A stretch of DNA of 63,918 bases, filler included, from Octopus bimaculoides (GCF_001194135.2; 5 parts of 5 records of this genome joined end to end with filler, not necessarily neighbours in it), one strand, 5' to 3'; numbered from the whole stretch's first letter, positions 49,378 to 63,259 are shown. Program-made: numbers and translations. Notes: a model not told the origin generated them from the sequence alone.

Positions 49378-49934
49378 TGTCGAGAATTCTCCTTAAGTAT
49401 GTGAATTGAAAACTGTCCATTGTTCTTTTCTTCTATTTCTATCACTTTCCAGAAAAATCTGAAACACTAGGCAATAAGGCCCGACAACAAGGATCTGTGC
49501 GAATCGGCGCCAACGTGGCGGAAGGGCGTCGAAGAACTTAATGACCTCGGAATGACAATCAAGAAAGACGGAGGGGAAACGGAAGATATATAGAATATAT
49601 AGAATATATAGAATAGAATATATTATATATAGTTTACATATAGAATAGAATATCCAAAGCCCTTGGAGAATTCTACAATCTAACAAAGGCATGGAGAAGC
49701 AAAGATATAGGCTGCAAAACGAAGCGGATCATACCTTCGGTCATGTCAGCATTATTGTACGGATTTGAAAGCCTTAGCGGTTAATAAATCAACTGTTTAG
49801 TAAATAGGGTGGTGAGTGATATAAAATATACAGTAACTACAAGAATGGCAGCTTCGTCAGGAACAATGGCAAAAAGAAGATCTATAAGTGACAACAGCAG
49901 TAACTCATGAGCAGCTGCAGCAGCTGCAGCAGCT

Positions 49935-49971
<37 letters not shown>

Positions 49972-49975
49972 CTCC
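48776..49975. repeat. Microsatellite cluster upstream of the GPCR: (ATT)n, (GTT)n, (GTA)n, (TG)n, ATAGA-type repeat, (GCA)n
   Basis: Read directly. Confidence 0.9.
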
Positions 49976-50351
49976 TATGTGTTTGATTTTGGCAGTGGTT
50001 TTCTGCTTTTGTAGCTTGTATTTTTTTGCTTTTAAGATGAAGGGAGGGAGGCGGTAAAGGCTAAATTCCAACGCTCGTTTGCCCTCGCTCAGTATGTAAG
50101 TGGTATTGGTCTTTTCATTCTTCGCACGAAATAATGGAAGATACAATTGACTCTTGGTTAGATTTCAAGATTATATACAAGTGTGTATCTATGTAACTAC
50201 AATACAGAAGTGTTTGTCGTATATATTTACAATATAGAATCGTGTATTGTACGTGTTTACAATATGTATACGTGCGCATATATGCGTTTACAATATGTAT
50301 ACGTGCGTATATATGGGTTTATAATAAACAAGAGCATATGCAAACTTGAAC

Positions 50352-50667
50352 TCTGTCTGCTACGACGGCGAGGGTTCCAGTTGACCCGATCAACAAAATA
50401 GCTTACCCGTGAAATTAACGTGCAAGTGGCTGAGTAATCCACCGACACGTGTCGCCTTAACGTAGTTCTCAGGGATGTTCAGCGTGACATAGAATGTGAC
50501 AAGGCTGGCCCCTTTCGAATTACAGGTACTACTCAGTTTTGCCAGCTGAGTGGACTGGAGCAACGTGAAATAAAGTGTCTTGCTCAAGGACACAACGCAT
50601 CGTTACGAATCGAACACTCGACCATACAAACGTGAGCCGAACATTCTAACCACTAAGTCAAGCACCC
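50352..50667 (-). mobile_element. CORE-type SINE sharing its 3' tail with family C
   Basis: Minus strand tgtgtccttgagcaagacactttatttcacgttgctccagtccac; tail caactggaaccctcgccgtcgtagcagac. Confidence 0.85.
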
Positions 50668-50829
50668 ACGAAGTGTATATGAATGTGTTGGCAATATATA
50701 CATATATATATACATATACATATATATNNNNNNNNNNNNNNNNNNNNNNNNNNNNNNNNNNNNNNNNNNNNNNNNNNNNNNNNNNNNNNNNNNNNNNNNN
50801 NNNNNNNNNNNNNNNNNNNNNNNNNNNNN

Positions 50830-50879
<50 letters not shown>

Positions 50880-51080
50880 GTGTGCGTGTGTGTGCGTGCG
50901 AGTGTAAGCTAGCCTGTATGATTGCTATGGTTGAATTCGTGACTTCATGGCAATGCACACCAATACGAGGTCAAAGTGGATAAATGGATGAATTGTTGGT
51001 GTTTTGCTTATGTAAAGGAGTGGAAAGGATATATATGTATATGAGCACATACGTACGTATACATACACACACACACACAC

Positions 51081-51124
<44 letters not shown>

Positions 51125-52152
51125 TTAGGTAGAATTAGACTCTAAAGAGGAGTGTACTTTCATATTTGAATGAAATATATTTTGTTTTTAATTTCAATTC
51201 CGAATTCAGCTACAATATTTTTAAGCTCTCACTTCTATACTTTTCCAGGCTCAATTAATTAAGAGTGTTATCATTCTTGTGCCCGTTAGTTTCCCTGTTA
51301 GCCCATTTTTTTTCACAGGCAACGCTTTTACAGCCCCAAATTAATTGCTATTGAGACAAAACTAAAAAAAAATATGAAATGTTAAAAATATTGATTTCCT
51401 TTTAATAAGTTTAAACTATAGCTAGAAATTGGATTTTATTAACTGAAAAAAAAATGTAAATTATATAAAAATGTCAACGAGAGGAGGAAGAAAATGCTCG
51501 TAAATAAGCAGTCGATGAAAAAAATGAAGAGATAAGCGCAAATCCGTCGGCTGGGTTAACACTAACACTTAATCCTTGAGTGTGTTTTGGTGCAATGATT
51601 CTGTTACAAACCTTGAGGTCCAATTGCCAGTTGGAAGATGACGTCTTCCTCTCCGATCTTGAAAATCCCGAAAAAGGTAAAGGGACATGTGAGATTCCTT
51701 TTCCTCTCGGGTTAAATTGTAAAAACAGAAGAATAAAATAGCTTCCATTCGTATCTGCCTTCTTCATAATGTTTACTTTCACTTTAAACAAATTTTAATT
51801 TCACACATTTTATACCAAGTCAAAATGGCGAAATCACTATTTTTTTCTAATGATATATGGGACATCGTCATTGTTTTATTTTAAGAGGTATAACAGTGAC
51901 CTTGCCCTTTACAGCACCCAACCCTCACCCCCATTCATAACAAAATCACAACGTTTTGGGAGAAATTGCCGAGTTGATTAAGTCGACTCCAATGTCTGTG
52001 AAGGACGTATTTTCTGGATGTGCCGAGGGACGAAATGTGAAATCGACATGGGCAGGAATTGAACGCATAAGATAAAAGTACAAGGCTACATACCACAAAG
52101 GCCTTTGTCTTCTGCTCTATCGATTCAACCGCTCAACACCCTCTGTAATGAC

Positions 52153-52216
<64 letters not shown>

Positions 52217-52373
52217 GCAACAACAATAATAATGGTTTCAAATTTTGGCACAAGGTCACGTAATAATAATAATAATAAAAACAATAACAATTATAATTCT
52301 TTGTTGGCCACACAATAATAATAATTATTTTGATAATGGTTTCTTTATGGACAGTACGGGACAAAACAAAGAA

Positions 52374-52405
<32 letters not shown>

Positions 52406-52582
52406 CGTGTTGTTGTGAGGGTTTTACGTACAAACAAGGTTAGCATAATGAAACGAAAAAAAAAAAAATTCAAACAATGTGTAATCCTCAATAGGGAGGA
52501 GACGTTCCAGGGCTGCTCATGGAAAAACCCCTTAAAAAAACCATGGGTGCCCTGCCTTTCGGGATTGGTACTTTTTCTTTCC

Positions 52583-52613
<31 letters not shown>

Positions 52614-53045
52614 GTGATGATGATGATGGTGAAGAGGAAGAGGAGGAGAATGACAACTACGACGATGATGATGATGATGCAATCCTCCTGTTAGAGGAAG
52701 ATTTCTAGGCTAATCCAGGGACTTCTCTATCCAAGATCTCCCTGAATATCAGGGAGAAAGTACCCTGTCTACTTATCTCTCTCAGACTTACAGAATTATA
52801 CTAAGGGTGGCTCCCTCCACCCATGCTATTTTCGCTGCTCTCACCCGTGCTTCGCTAAATTCAGTCGAGGGCAGCATCTCCCTCTCCCCTCTTCACCTCC
52901 ATGAAGGAAAGTCCTTGTCCTTTGTCCCCACATCTTCCAGCACCGTACACCACAAAGTAATGAGATTAAGGAAATACTCAGAAAGAAGTAAACGGAAAAG
53001 CTTTAAAATGTATTAAAGGAACACGAGGAGAAAAAAGCGACTTCT

Positions 53046-53837
53046 CAGTGGTTCCCAACCAGAGTCCATATGGCCCCCGAGGGTCCATATAAGATTTTTG
53101 GGGGGTTTACACAACAAAATAATAAATTGGGGATCCACAATAGAGTTTTTAAAGGGTCTCTGAAAAACGTTTCCTTTTGATATATGTATTGGTATGGATT
53201 GCAAGAAACAGCTAGGTCCCTTTCTTTAATGTTTTACGTAATTCAACCTACACAAGTTAAGGTGTGAAAAACAGGAATTTAGAACAGAAGTTTCTATAAA
53301 ACTAGTTTTTGAACATCAAATGGCTATGTGAGGTCCACCAGAATAAAATAGTATTCAAAATAGTATATATAGGCGCAGGAGTGGCTCTGTGGTAAGTAGC
53401 TTGCTTACCAACCACATGGTTCCGGGTTCAGTCCCACTGCGTGGCACCTTGGGCAAGTGTCTTCTACTATTATGGCCTCGGGTCGACTTAGCCTTGTGAG
53501 TGGATTTGGTAGACGGAAACTGAAAGACGTCCGTCGTATATATGTTTATATATATATATATATATGTATGTGTGTTTGTGTGTCTGTGTTTGTCCCCCCC
53601 CCCCACATCGCTTGACAACTGATGCTGGTGTGTTTACGTCCCCGTAACTTAGCGGTTCGGCAAAAGGAGACCGATAGAATAAGTACTAGGCTTACAAAGA
53701 ATAAGTCCTGGGGTCGATTTTCTCGACTAAAGGTGGTGCTCCAGCATGGCCGCAGTCAAATGACTGAAACAAGTAAAAGAGTAAAAGAGTAAAAGAGTAA
53801 AGGGGTCCATAGAAAAAAAAATGGTTGAGAACCCCTG
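53046..53837. mobile_element. hAT-like MITE carrying a nested SINE A
   Basis: Ends cagtggttcccaacc / ggttgagaacccctg. No clean 8-bp TSD seen. A related left end lies at ~56218-56345. Confidence 0.7.
53372..53800 (+). mobile_element. Young full-length tRNA-derived SINE A
   Basis: A box TGGCTCTGTGG; B box GGTTCAGTCCC; CORE-like accttgggcaagtgtctt; internal (AT)/(GT) tract; tail (TAAAAGAG)n. Confidence 0.93.
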
Positions 53838-54204
53838 CTTTCTATACAAGGAAATAATTGAATACAGACTAAAATCTAATTTAATCGGAGTAAAAAATAT
53901 AGAAGAGAATAAACGGCAGAACCGTTTTAAAAAAGAATAAATGCCAAAAGCAAAATAGAAATCCGAAGATAAACTAAACAAAAGAAAATAAAAAAAAACA
54001 AAAACAAAGCAAAAACACTATTGACAATAACCATCCGTAAAACACGACAAGGTGGGAGTAAGCGAGAATAAAAACTTACAATGGATGAAATGGTCTGAAC
54101 CTTTAAGGAGAAACAGAATGTTCCATTTTAGTTGAGCCGCAACAATTCTTGTCACAAGTAATTAAAGATAAAATTTGTGTTGAAAGATGTTAATTTTGAG
54201 TTCA

Positions 54205-54665
54205 GTCTATGATGCAATTGGCAAAATGAGGCGGCTGACTACATCATTTCCGGTATGGCCGTCCTTGCTAAACGTGTATCAAATGCAGAGTAGTTGACCG
54301 ACGAGATGGATACGATAAACTGAAATATACCTGTCTCGCTGAGATGGAGTCCAAAACAAACTGTTTACGATGTAATTATGAAGGACTGGAGCCGAAATCT
54401 CTTTACTCTGATAGTTATCTCGCTTTGTCTAACCAAGTCATTGCCCGGAAGGAAGTGGGGAAAAAAACAGTCATAGTATAAGGGAAATTGAAACTGAAAT
54501 AAACAGGATGTTGAAAACCGTACAAATAGTAATTGGAGCGGTAGATATGATTAAAATCATTGAGAAAGAAACTATACAGGATTCACTGCGTTGTACAACC
54601 GAAAAGAGAGCTTTGTTCGTTACAACATGCATTCTATACAAGAAGGCACTTTCAATTTACTGGCG
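54205..54665 (+). pseudogene. Decayed R4/Dong-like RLE retrotransposon C-terminal fragment
   Basis: ADYIISGMAVLAK (HIxSGCxxLA motif) and EIETEINRMLKTVQIVIGAVDMIK..CILYKKALSI, paralleling 26476-26706. Confidence 0.6.
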
Positions 54666-55550
54666 CGATTGGAGCAACATAATCTCTGCACACATCACAA
54701 ATCTAACACAAGCCTCACGAAATGATATAGCAAGACTTATACTATACGTACTCGGCCGACTCACAGCCACGGCCCATTAAACAAAACAAGCCCATACCTT
54801 CACTTAACCGATATGCACCGTCTTGACAGCAACCACTCACAGTTTCCACACATTCGTGTAAAACAGCCCATACAGCACATTCACAATCATGCGCAATCAC
54901 TTCTTATGAAAAGTAACCCAGCGCATACACGCTGCTTAAATGTATGACATAATATAAAAGCTAACAAGACTATGTTGAAAAGTAAAGTATGTAAGTCAGG
55001 TCACTGCGATGAAGATAAACCCACAAGGTTTCCGAACGGCAATCAGACACAAAGAAAAGAAAAAAAAAGACCACACAAATCACAGGGCTTATATCAAACA
55101 TAAGCACGAAACGACCCGTTCAAAGAACACAACTAGTTTTCAACAAAATCTAACATACATATACAAGGTGTATGAGTTAGTTCGTGTCTCCGAAAAGGGA
55201 TCTGATGTGAGTTGTCTCGCTTGCCTATGACTTGCATTCAGGTGTTTTTAAGACCAAGCGCACTGAGAATGTATTCTCTTACGCCTAAAATGCACCCGAC
55301 TCACGAACTAACAAACACACACATCTTGTGTATTTGTGTTCGATTTTGTTTATAGACCTCGAACTGCGTCTAACTTGTATTTGAACAACTAATTTTGCTT
55401 ATATTCCACACACCAATTTGCCTATATTCCATGTTGTCTACATTCAATAGCACACAAGAAACACTAGAACATGTCAAGCACCATCATAAAGCAAATCATA
55501 CAATTCTACATCACCAGCTGTCAATAATGCATATATCTTAGGGACACGAT

Positions 55551-55740
55551 CATAATGGTTTCAAATTTTGGCACGAGGCCAGCAACTCCAAGAGATGGGA
55601 TTCCATCAACTCCTAGTGTTCAACTGACACTTATTTTATCGACCCCAAAAGGATGAAAGGCAAAGTCGACCTCGGCGGAATTTGAACGCAAAACGTAGCG
55701 ACGGGCGAAATTTTGCTTGGCATTTTACCTGGCGCCCTAA
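55551..55740 (-). mobile_element. SINE B (5'-truncated)
   Basis: aatggtttcaaattttggcacgaggcc..ggatgaaaggcaaagtcgacctcggcggaatttgaac. Confidence 0.85.
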
Positions 55741-55746
55741 AAAAAA

Positions 55747-55800
<54 letters not shown>

Positions 55801-55816
55801 TGATAACAGCAACAAC

Positions 55817-55864
<48 letters not shown>

Positions 55865-56347
55865 TAATTCGTTCTATTTAGAAGACCCCATCTAAAATCT
55901 GACGCAGAACAAATATATTTAGCATGAATACAGGGCCTTATGCAATTAGAAAACGATTAAAAATATCAGCTGTAGGACTGTAAAAATACACGAACGAAAT
56001 AAACTGTTTTCTCTGTTCAAAGCAGCCAATAAATAGAAAAAAAATGGTGGTTGAAATAACAGAGTTGTGAGGAGAAAAGAGAAACACGAAGAGAAATTAG
56101 AGGAAAAGCAAAAACTAAGCTAAAAAAAAAAGGTATTACAGAATGGGGCCATGATAAAGTAAAGATATTAAAGCCCCCCTGCGTAGCTAATACCTGAAGA
56201 TGAAAGGAGGATTTCGATAAGTGGTTCTCAACTGGGGGTCCACGTGGCCAATGGAGGGGTCCACGTGGCCCATGGGGGATCCGCATAAAATTTTGTCTTT
56301 AAAATTTATGTGCAATGAAGTGGTTATCCTTCTATAATGCACAAAGT

Positions 56348-56458
56348 GGAGGTGCGATGGCCCAGTGGTTAGGGCAGCGGACTCGCGGTCGTGGGATCGC
56401 GGTTTCGATTCCCAGACCGGGCGTTGTGTGTGTTTATTGAGCGAAAACACCTAAAGCT
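56348..56458 (+). mobile_element. SINE C 5' tRNA-like head
   Basis: ggaggtgcgatggcccagtggttagggcagcggactcgcggtc..ggtttcgattcccagaccggg. Confidence 0.9.
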
Positions 56459-58750
56459 GTTTTCATCAAGTTAATTACAGGTAAGAACTTCTCTAGAACA
56501 AGAACATAGTGCAGCGATCGGTGCAACAGATGCAGTGAGTGTATCCATGTATGACCTCGACGACTGGTTGTCCATTCAGTCAGCCTAGGTTCAATCTCAC
56601 GGTCGTTCATGACCGAAGGATGTCTTTACTCTTTTACCCTATATACATATAATNNNNNNNNNNNNNNNNNNNNNNNNNNNNNNNNNNNNNNNNNNNNNNN
56701 NNNNNNNNNNNNNNNNNNNNNNNNNNNNNNNNNNNNNNNNNNNNNNNNNNNNNNNNNNNNNNNNNNNNNNNNNNNNNNNNNNNNNNNNNNNNNNNNNNNN
56801 NNNNNNNNNNNNNNNNNNNNNNNNNNNNNNNNNNNNNNNNNNNNNNNNNNNNNNNNNNNNNNNNNNNNNNNNNNNNNNNNNNNNNNNNNNNNNNNNNNNN
56901 NNNNNNNNNNNNNNNNNNNNNNNNNNNNNNNNNNNNNNNNNNNNNNNNNNNNNNNNNNNNNNNNNNNNNNNNNNNNNNNNNNNNNNNNNNNNNNNNNNNN
57001 NNNNNNNNNNNNNNNNNNNNNNNNNNNNNNNNNNNNNNNNNNNNNNNNNNNNNNNNNNNNNNNNNNNNNNNNNNNNNNNNNNNNNNNNNNNNNNNNNNNN
57101 NNNNNNNNNNNNNNNNNNNNNNNNNNNNNNNNNNNNNNNNNNNNNNNNNNNNNNNNNNNNNNNNNNNNNNNNNNNNNNNNNNNNNNNNNNNNNNNNNNNN
57201 NNNNNNNNNNNNNNNNNNTATATATATATATATATATATATATTATTGAATATCTTCTTTTCAAGCCGTCGTTGGGTTGTGTGGCTAATGTTTCATGTTT
57301 ATCGATGACAGATAAATTTGTGCAATATAATGTATGTTCCATACATGTATGTATGTATGTATGTATGTATGTATGTATGTATGTATGTATGTGTGTGTGT
57401 GTGTGTGTGTATGTGCGTGTGTCTCTGTGTATGCATGGAATATACATACGTATAATACAAATTTATCTGTCGCCGATAAACATGAAACCCTAGCTATAAA
57501 ACACAACGACGTCTTGAACAGAAGAAATGATTCATTCTCCAGATGCGTACGCAGAGAAAAGTTAGATGTTTTATCATCCAGGCACATCCCATTGCCGATT
57601 CGTTCGAAATACAAGCTTGATACATATTTTACTCAAGTAATCGATAACCACAAAACCATATAGTTTGAAATACCGCCCTCAGTAAAATACCACATTTAGT
57701 GTGGTCTCCGTTGAAAAGATTAGGGAAACCATTGCTGCTTGCATATTGCGAGCGATTTCACTTTGTGCATGACTCTCTCTTTGAACAATGCTCACTGATG
57801 ACTTTATGATCCGCGATAGCCAATAGAGGTCATATGTTGAAACATTTTGTCCTAAACCTTGTTTGGTATTATCAGGAAATTGTGCCTGAACGACCGTGAA
57901 ATGAAGGAAATACGCTATGGCATGTATGTATGTATGTATGTATGGATGGATGGATGGATGGATGGATGTATATTTACTAACGTAATAAGAGAGAAATTAT
58001 GGTTTACCCATTAAGACACTGATGGCAGCATACATACATACATACATACATCCCCTAGGAGCCGACGATACGGCTCTTTTAACCCCAGGAGGATGCCTCT
58101 TCCAGCTGGTTATGCAATGCACTCTGCACTTGATATATATTGAAACCATCAGACCGTACGGTTTCGACCTCTTTATGGTCATCCTCGCTGATGGATACTA
58201 GTCCGCTAGTCAAGGAAATTTCTATAAGAGATAAAAGCAGGATTTATATTAAGAAGTAGTATTAATACTGCTGTCGTCTCTAATAGAGATTTTCTTGACT
58301 AGCTTGTTTGTATATTATGGTTCTATAACGAAATACGGTGCCCCTACACGTCGTTAATAATTTTCGCCATTGTGTGCACATTTTTGCTAGTGTGCGCACA
58401 TATTTTCACATTGTGCGCTTGTTGTAAAACGTGTGCGCGCGCACAAATGCACGACGTAGAGAAAACATTAGTTGCAGCTCCACGGTGTAATTCAAAACAA
58501 CCTCCCCCCGTCACAGACAACATACACTACTGGTCTACCCTGATACATCAAAGGGAAATAAGTGCCTCTTCGCAGTTCTTAACGCCTACCTGCAGTTGTA
58601 TAGCTAGGCCACAGTCCATTTAGCCCCACCATTTTTTCCCCCACTCACACNNNNNNNNNNNNNNNNNNNNNNNNNNNNNNNNNNNNNNNNNNNNTTAATT
58701 AATTAANNNNNNNNNNNNNNNNNNNNNNNNNNNNNNNNNNNNNNNNNNNN

Positions 58751-59097
58751 CATTTTGAGCATGGCCGCTGCCAGTACCGCCTGACTGGCCTTCGTAGGAT
58801 TTTCGAGCAAGATCGTTGCCAGTGCCCCTGGACTGGCTCCTGTGCGGGTGGCACATAAAATACACCATTTTGAGCATGGCCGTTGCCAGTACCACCTGAC
58901 TGGCCTTCATGCGGGTAACACATAAAAGCACCCACTACACTCTCTGAGTGGTAGGCGTTAGGAAGGGCATCCAGCTGTAGAAACTCTGCCAAATCAGATT
59001 GGAGGCTGGTGTTGCCATCCGGTTTCACCAGTCCTCAGTCAAATCGTCCAACCCATGCTAGCATGGAAAGCGGATGTTAAACGATGATGATGATGAT
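58751..59097 (+). mobile_element. RTE-like retroposon 3' end with internal tandem units and (GAT)n tail
   Basis: Same family as 15975-16267. Confidence 0.8.
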
Positions 59098-61108
59098 ATT
59101 GGTATTAATAACAAAAGAGTGAAGGCAAATGGAGATAAGCAGGTGCATGTGCTTAATTCCAATCAAATTCAGTTTACTGATCACTTCAGGTGTTTGTTTA
59201 TATTGAAAGAAAAGAAGGAAAATATTCAATAATGAGAGAATTTAAGAATGAAAATATCTGATAGAATATACGATTTATATCCTCACTTATGCTTTCAGTA
59301 TTTTATCTTTGCAATACACTTTTAATGTATTTGAAAAATAATATGCTGTGATAAGATTTGTCAAATAAACCCCCATTTAAAATTGTAAATAAATGTTTCT
59401 TAAAACCACTTTTACTGTTATTTTCCCCTAAAATATTTCAGAATTTGGTAGTCTGAGTTTCTGGCCAATAAATAATTTGGTATTCAATCATTTGAATTTG
59501 GCCATCTCACATGCAGTCTCTGGGTATTTTCTTTTGTCATAATGCCAATATATGTTGCCATGACAACAAACAGTGGTGACCGCCAATATGTTAGCAATGG
59601 AAGGTTCACAACTTTAAATGCTTGTAACTTCTTTATACTGTAAAAACCCATGTAACTTGCGCACCTGTGTAATTTACGCAGGTGATTTTCAGGATAAAAA
59701 TTGTTAAAAAAAAAACGTTCTACTTGTGTAAAACTTGCACCCAAGTTTTCAGGATTACCGATATGGCCAAGGGGAAAAGGTTTTCAATTTAGTTGCATTT
59801 AGCCTAATTTCACTTATTTTCATTAAATAAAAATAATTTCTGTTTAACAGATATTACATTGAAAGCTATTAAATTATGAAGTGTTTGTGTTGCTTGTAAT
59901 AAACTTTATTTTACATTTCTTGCCCACGAGATTATGTCTTCTCAAATCACGATCATAGGAAAAGTTGTTGATAAGAATTATCAACAAAAACAAAGCTGAC
60001 AAATACGCACAAGTGTTGCAAAATAGGTTTAATTACCAATAAACATCAGCTTGGATGACACTTTACACAACCAACAGAGGAAGGTGACTAATCAAACTGA
60101 TTAGGTAAACAGAACTCTGATTGGTCGAAAGTTTTTTCTCTCAAGCTCTGATTTTCTGCTTAATTTTATCAGAACCTTTGATATGGAGTATCAAAATTTT
60201 AATCTCTTTCACACTTCAAACTAACTTAAAAATTTGTCATTACCATTTTAGCTGGGAGACTAAACTATCAGTTTGGTAACTCTCTAAAATAAACATTAAA
60301 AATCGAAAGGAGAAAATAAACAGCTTTGCAAGTTTAACTCAGTGTTTACTGAACAAGAGAGGTACGAAATTTAAGAAGCGACTTGTTAGAATATACACAT
60401 TTATGAGAAGACATAAACGAGAATAGCAAAAATTTACTATACCAAAAGAACTGGTAATACATACATTACAAGTGTTCTATGAAGAGAACATGAGGTTGCT
60501 GCATAATTCAACATGAATGTGAAATGACTTTAAATATCATGTAAGGTAAATGAAGGCTTCTGTAGGAACGCTAAGTCATATTCACTTAGTGAGTTTACAT
60601 GCGCAAGGATGAATTATGATGTTGTCATCGGCGATGTCGGCAGTGATGAATTTCATTGTCCTAATGCGGAGAAAGCGAGCAATAGTTTCCTGGAGACAAA
60701 TGCAAGCTAGACTTCTTAAGTGGAGAAAAACTGATCTACTTAAGGAAATTGCTGGGCCCCACTGCGATAGGTAGAAATTCTAAGCAATGTAAAATATGGC
60801 CCGGACCGTGATTACCAGTAAGAATGTTAAACTTCAGAAAGAAGTTAACTATTTAATGGTTCTAGTAAATTTATACAGAAAAAGTAAGCATTATACTGTT
60901 CAGCATAAATAAAAGTCAACTTCGTTATATTTTTTCTGTAAAAACCTATTCTGAGATTAAAAGAGTCAACTTCTGGTATGAATGTTTACATTTGTACGTC
61001 ATTTATCAACAAAAAAAATTTCTGGAAAATGATTTACGTTTATTTTTGTTTACTGTGTAAAAAGTGCATAAATTACATCGATTTTTATGGTATATACACA
61101 CATTTATA

Positions 61109-62480
61109 TACTGTAAATCCTCGAATATGGTTTTAGGGGGATGTACCTCTGATAAACCTAAACCTTGTGTATAATACGCACCCTCCTCTAACTTGAGTCA
61201 AGGAGGTCTGTATAACGTCCTTGGTTTGTAAACATATATACAGTAATGTCCTTTATTATTATTGTATATATAACATAATGCAAACGTGTAGCTTTTTTGT
61301 GAACTTTGTTTGCAGAAAATAAAGAAATAACAGTAATAACGTCAGTGAAAAATAAATATTAAGTAAATTGCCTTTACATATTTATCACTATCAGTTACAA
61401 AAGCAAAAGCAAAAACACTTATTCAAATCCTTCAAATCCTCCGTAAACATGTCAGCATCATTGTAGTGTAAATCTCCGTCATTGTCAGATTCATAGTCAA
61501 CATCAGAAGATTCACTTTCATTTAATTCATCTTTCCATACAACGTCATCCTGAGTACGATCCAGTGTAGACGATATACAATATTTGATAAAACTTTTCAC
61601 AATAATCTGGGGATCAAGTTCATTTCATGCATACAAAATCCATTTGCATATCAAAGTCAAGTCAGAAGCGCGAACCCTTCCACCTTTAGTGAACGACTTT
61701 TCTCCAGTCGACATCCATTCAGTCCATAAATCATGCAATTTGTTTTTAATCGGTTTGTTAATAGAGACATCTAATGGCTGCAATATGGAGGTCATGCCCC
61801 CTGGAATGATAGCAACATCTGTTTTGTGACGTTTTTTTTTAATGCTTCAGTTCATCTTCAGTTCTGTGGCATCTAAAAGCATCTAATACAAGCAAGCTGT
61901 TGTGCTGTTTAATTGCTCCACCAAAACGATTTCCCCATACAGTGTCAATCCAATCTCTAAATAACTCATCATCCATCCAGCCTTTTTGTTGATTTAGAAA
62001 TTCCACGTTTTGGGTGCTGTTTTACGTTTGAATATTATATAAGGTTTAAGTTTGGTACCGTCAGCCATACTAGCTAACATGACGGTAAAACGATTTTTTT
62101 GTGGCCCGTGATTTTAATAGTAATTGACGATGTACCACTAAAATCTATTGTGCTATCTGCAGGCATATCAAAAGTTAATATGTTTGCAAATTGTTTTTGT
62201 TGCATGTTATTCTGTGTTCTGATTACTTTTATTTCAATAAATGTTGCTTACTGCAAGTTATGGATGATTCTTTTATGACCTTTCAAGCTTAGCTTAAGGT
62301 ATTTTCGCGCCCGACATCACAAAATGTGCCTGAATAAACATTGCAGGACAGCAAATAGAGACTCGGACATTGCTTAGAAAATATTTTTTTCATTTTTAAC
62401 CTCATATATAGTACGCACTAGGGATTTTGACCTTTAAATTTTAGGGAAAAAATGCAGATTATACTCAAGGATTTATGGTA
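61109..62480 (-). mobile_element. pogo-family transposon, internally deleted, with DDE transposase remnant
   Basis: TA-flanked TIRs ctgtaaatcctcgaatat / atactcaaggatttatgg. Minus-strand FTVMLASMADGTKLKPYIIFK, GWMDDELF, LVLDAFRCH, IIPGGMTSILQPLDVSINKP, followed by an acidic tail. Confidence 0.92.
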
Positions 62481-62487
62481 TACAGTA

Positions 62488-62828
62488 GTGAAGGTGCATG
62501 GCTCAGTGTTTAGAGCGTCGAGCTTACGATCATGAGGTTGTGAGTTCGAATCCTGGGCCGGGTTGCGTGTTGTGTTCTTGAGCAAGACACTATTTCATGT
62601 TGCTCCAGTTTTGTACAGTTTAGCTGTACAAAATGAGTTGCGACGTCACAGGTGTCAAGCAGTATTGGCCTTTGCCTTTCCCTTGGATAACACTGATGGC
62701 ATGGAGAGGGGAGGCCGGTATGCATGGGTGACTGCTGGTCTTCCATAAACAACCTTGCCCGCATTTGTGCCTGGGAGGGTAACTTTCTAGGTGCAATCAC
62801 ATGGTCAGTCATGACTGAAGGGGGTCTC
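62488..62828 (+). mobile_element. CORE-type tRNA SINE with a distinct tail
   Basis: A box TGGCTCAGTG; B box GAGTTCGAATCC; gtgttcttgagcaagacacta; tail ggtcagtcatgactgaaggggg, a fragment of which recurs at ~56595-56625. Confidence 0.85.
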
Positions 62829-63259
62829 AGCATATATGCAGTATAATTTATAAAGCAAACAGTAAACAGTTGTCATCATTAGTACATAGAGTTTCGAATG
62901 TCGGGGCAAAGAGCTACAGTACATTCTCGTCGGCTATTAAATGGCAACAGATGCAACGGAAAACTGTTAAATATAAGGGAAGTATCTCTAATAGATGGGA
63001 AAAGAGAAACAGAAAAAAGATTTCAAAAATATAGATATACTAATGTTCTAAAGGCATATATATATATACACACACACATTCACACAAAAAATAATAACAT
63101 ACAGACATAAAACACCTGCGTTCACGTCTACATACGTACACATGCACACACACATATAAACATATGTATGTACGTACTCATACCTGCTCACACACACACA
63201 TGTATATATATATGTGTGTGTGTATATATATATGTGTGTGCATATATATGTGTGTGTGC

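Noticed and set aside
51474-51791. 105-aa minus-strand ORF
   Set aside because: No motif or codon signal; consistent with a chance ORF.
53372-53445. tRNA-like sequences at SINE heads (also 20490-20554, 56348-56415, 62490-62560)
   Set aside because: They have A/B boxes but no complete cloverleaf, and they continue into SINE bodies; not tRNA genes.
60605-60775. Short 52-aa plus-strand ORF or possible minus-strand exon
   Set aside because: No recognisable domain, weak splice donor and no partner exons.
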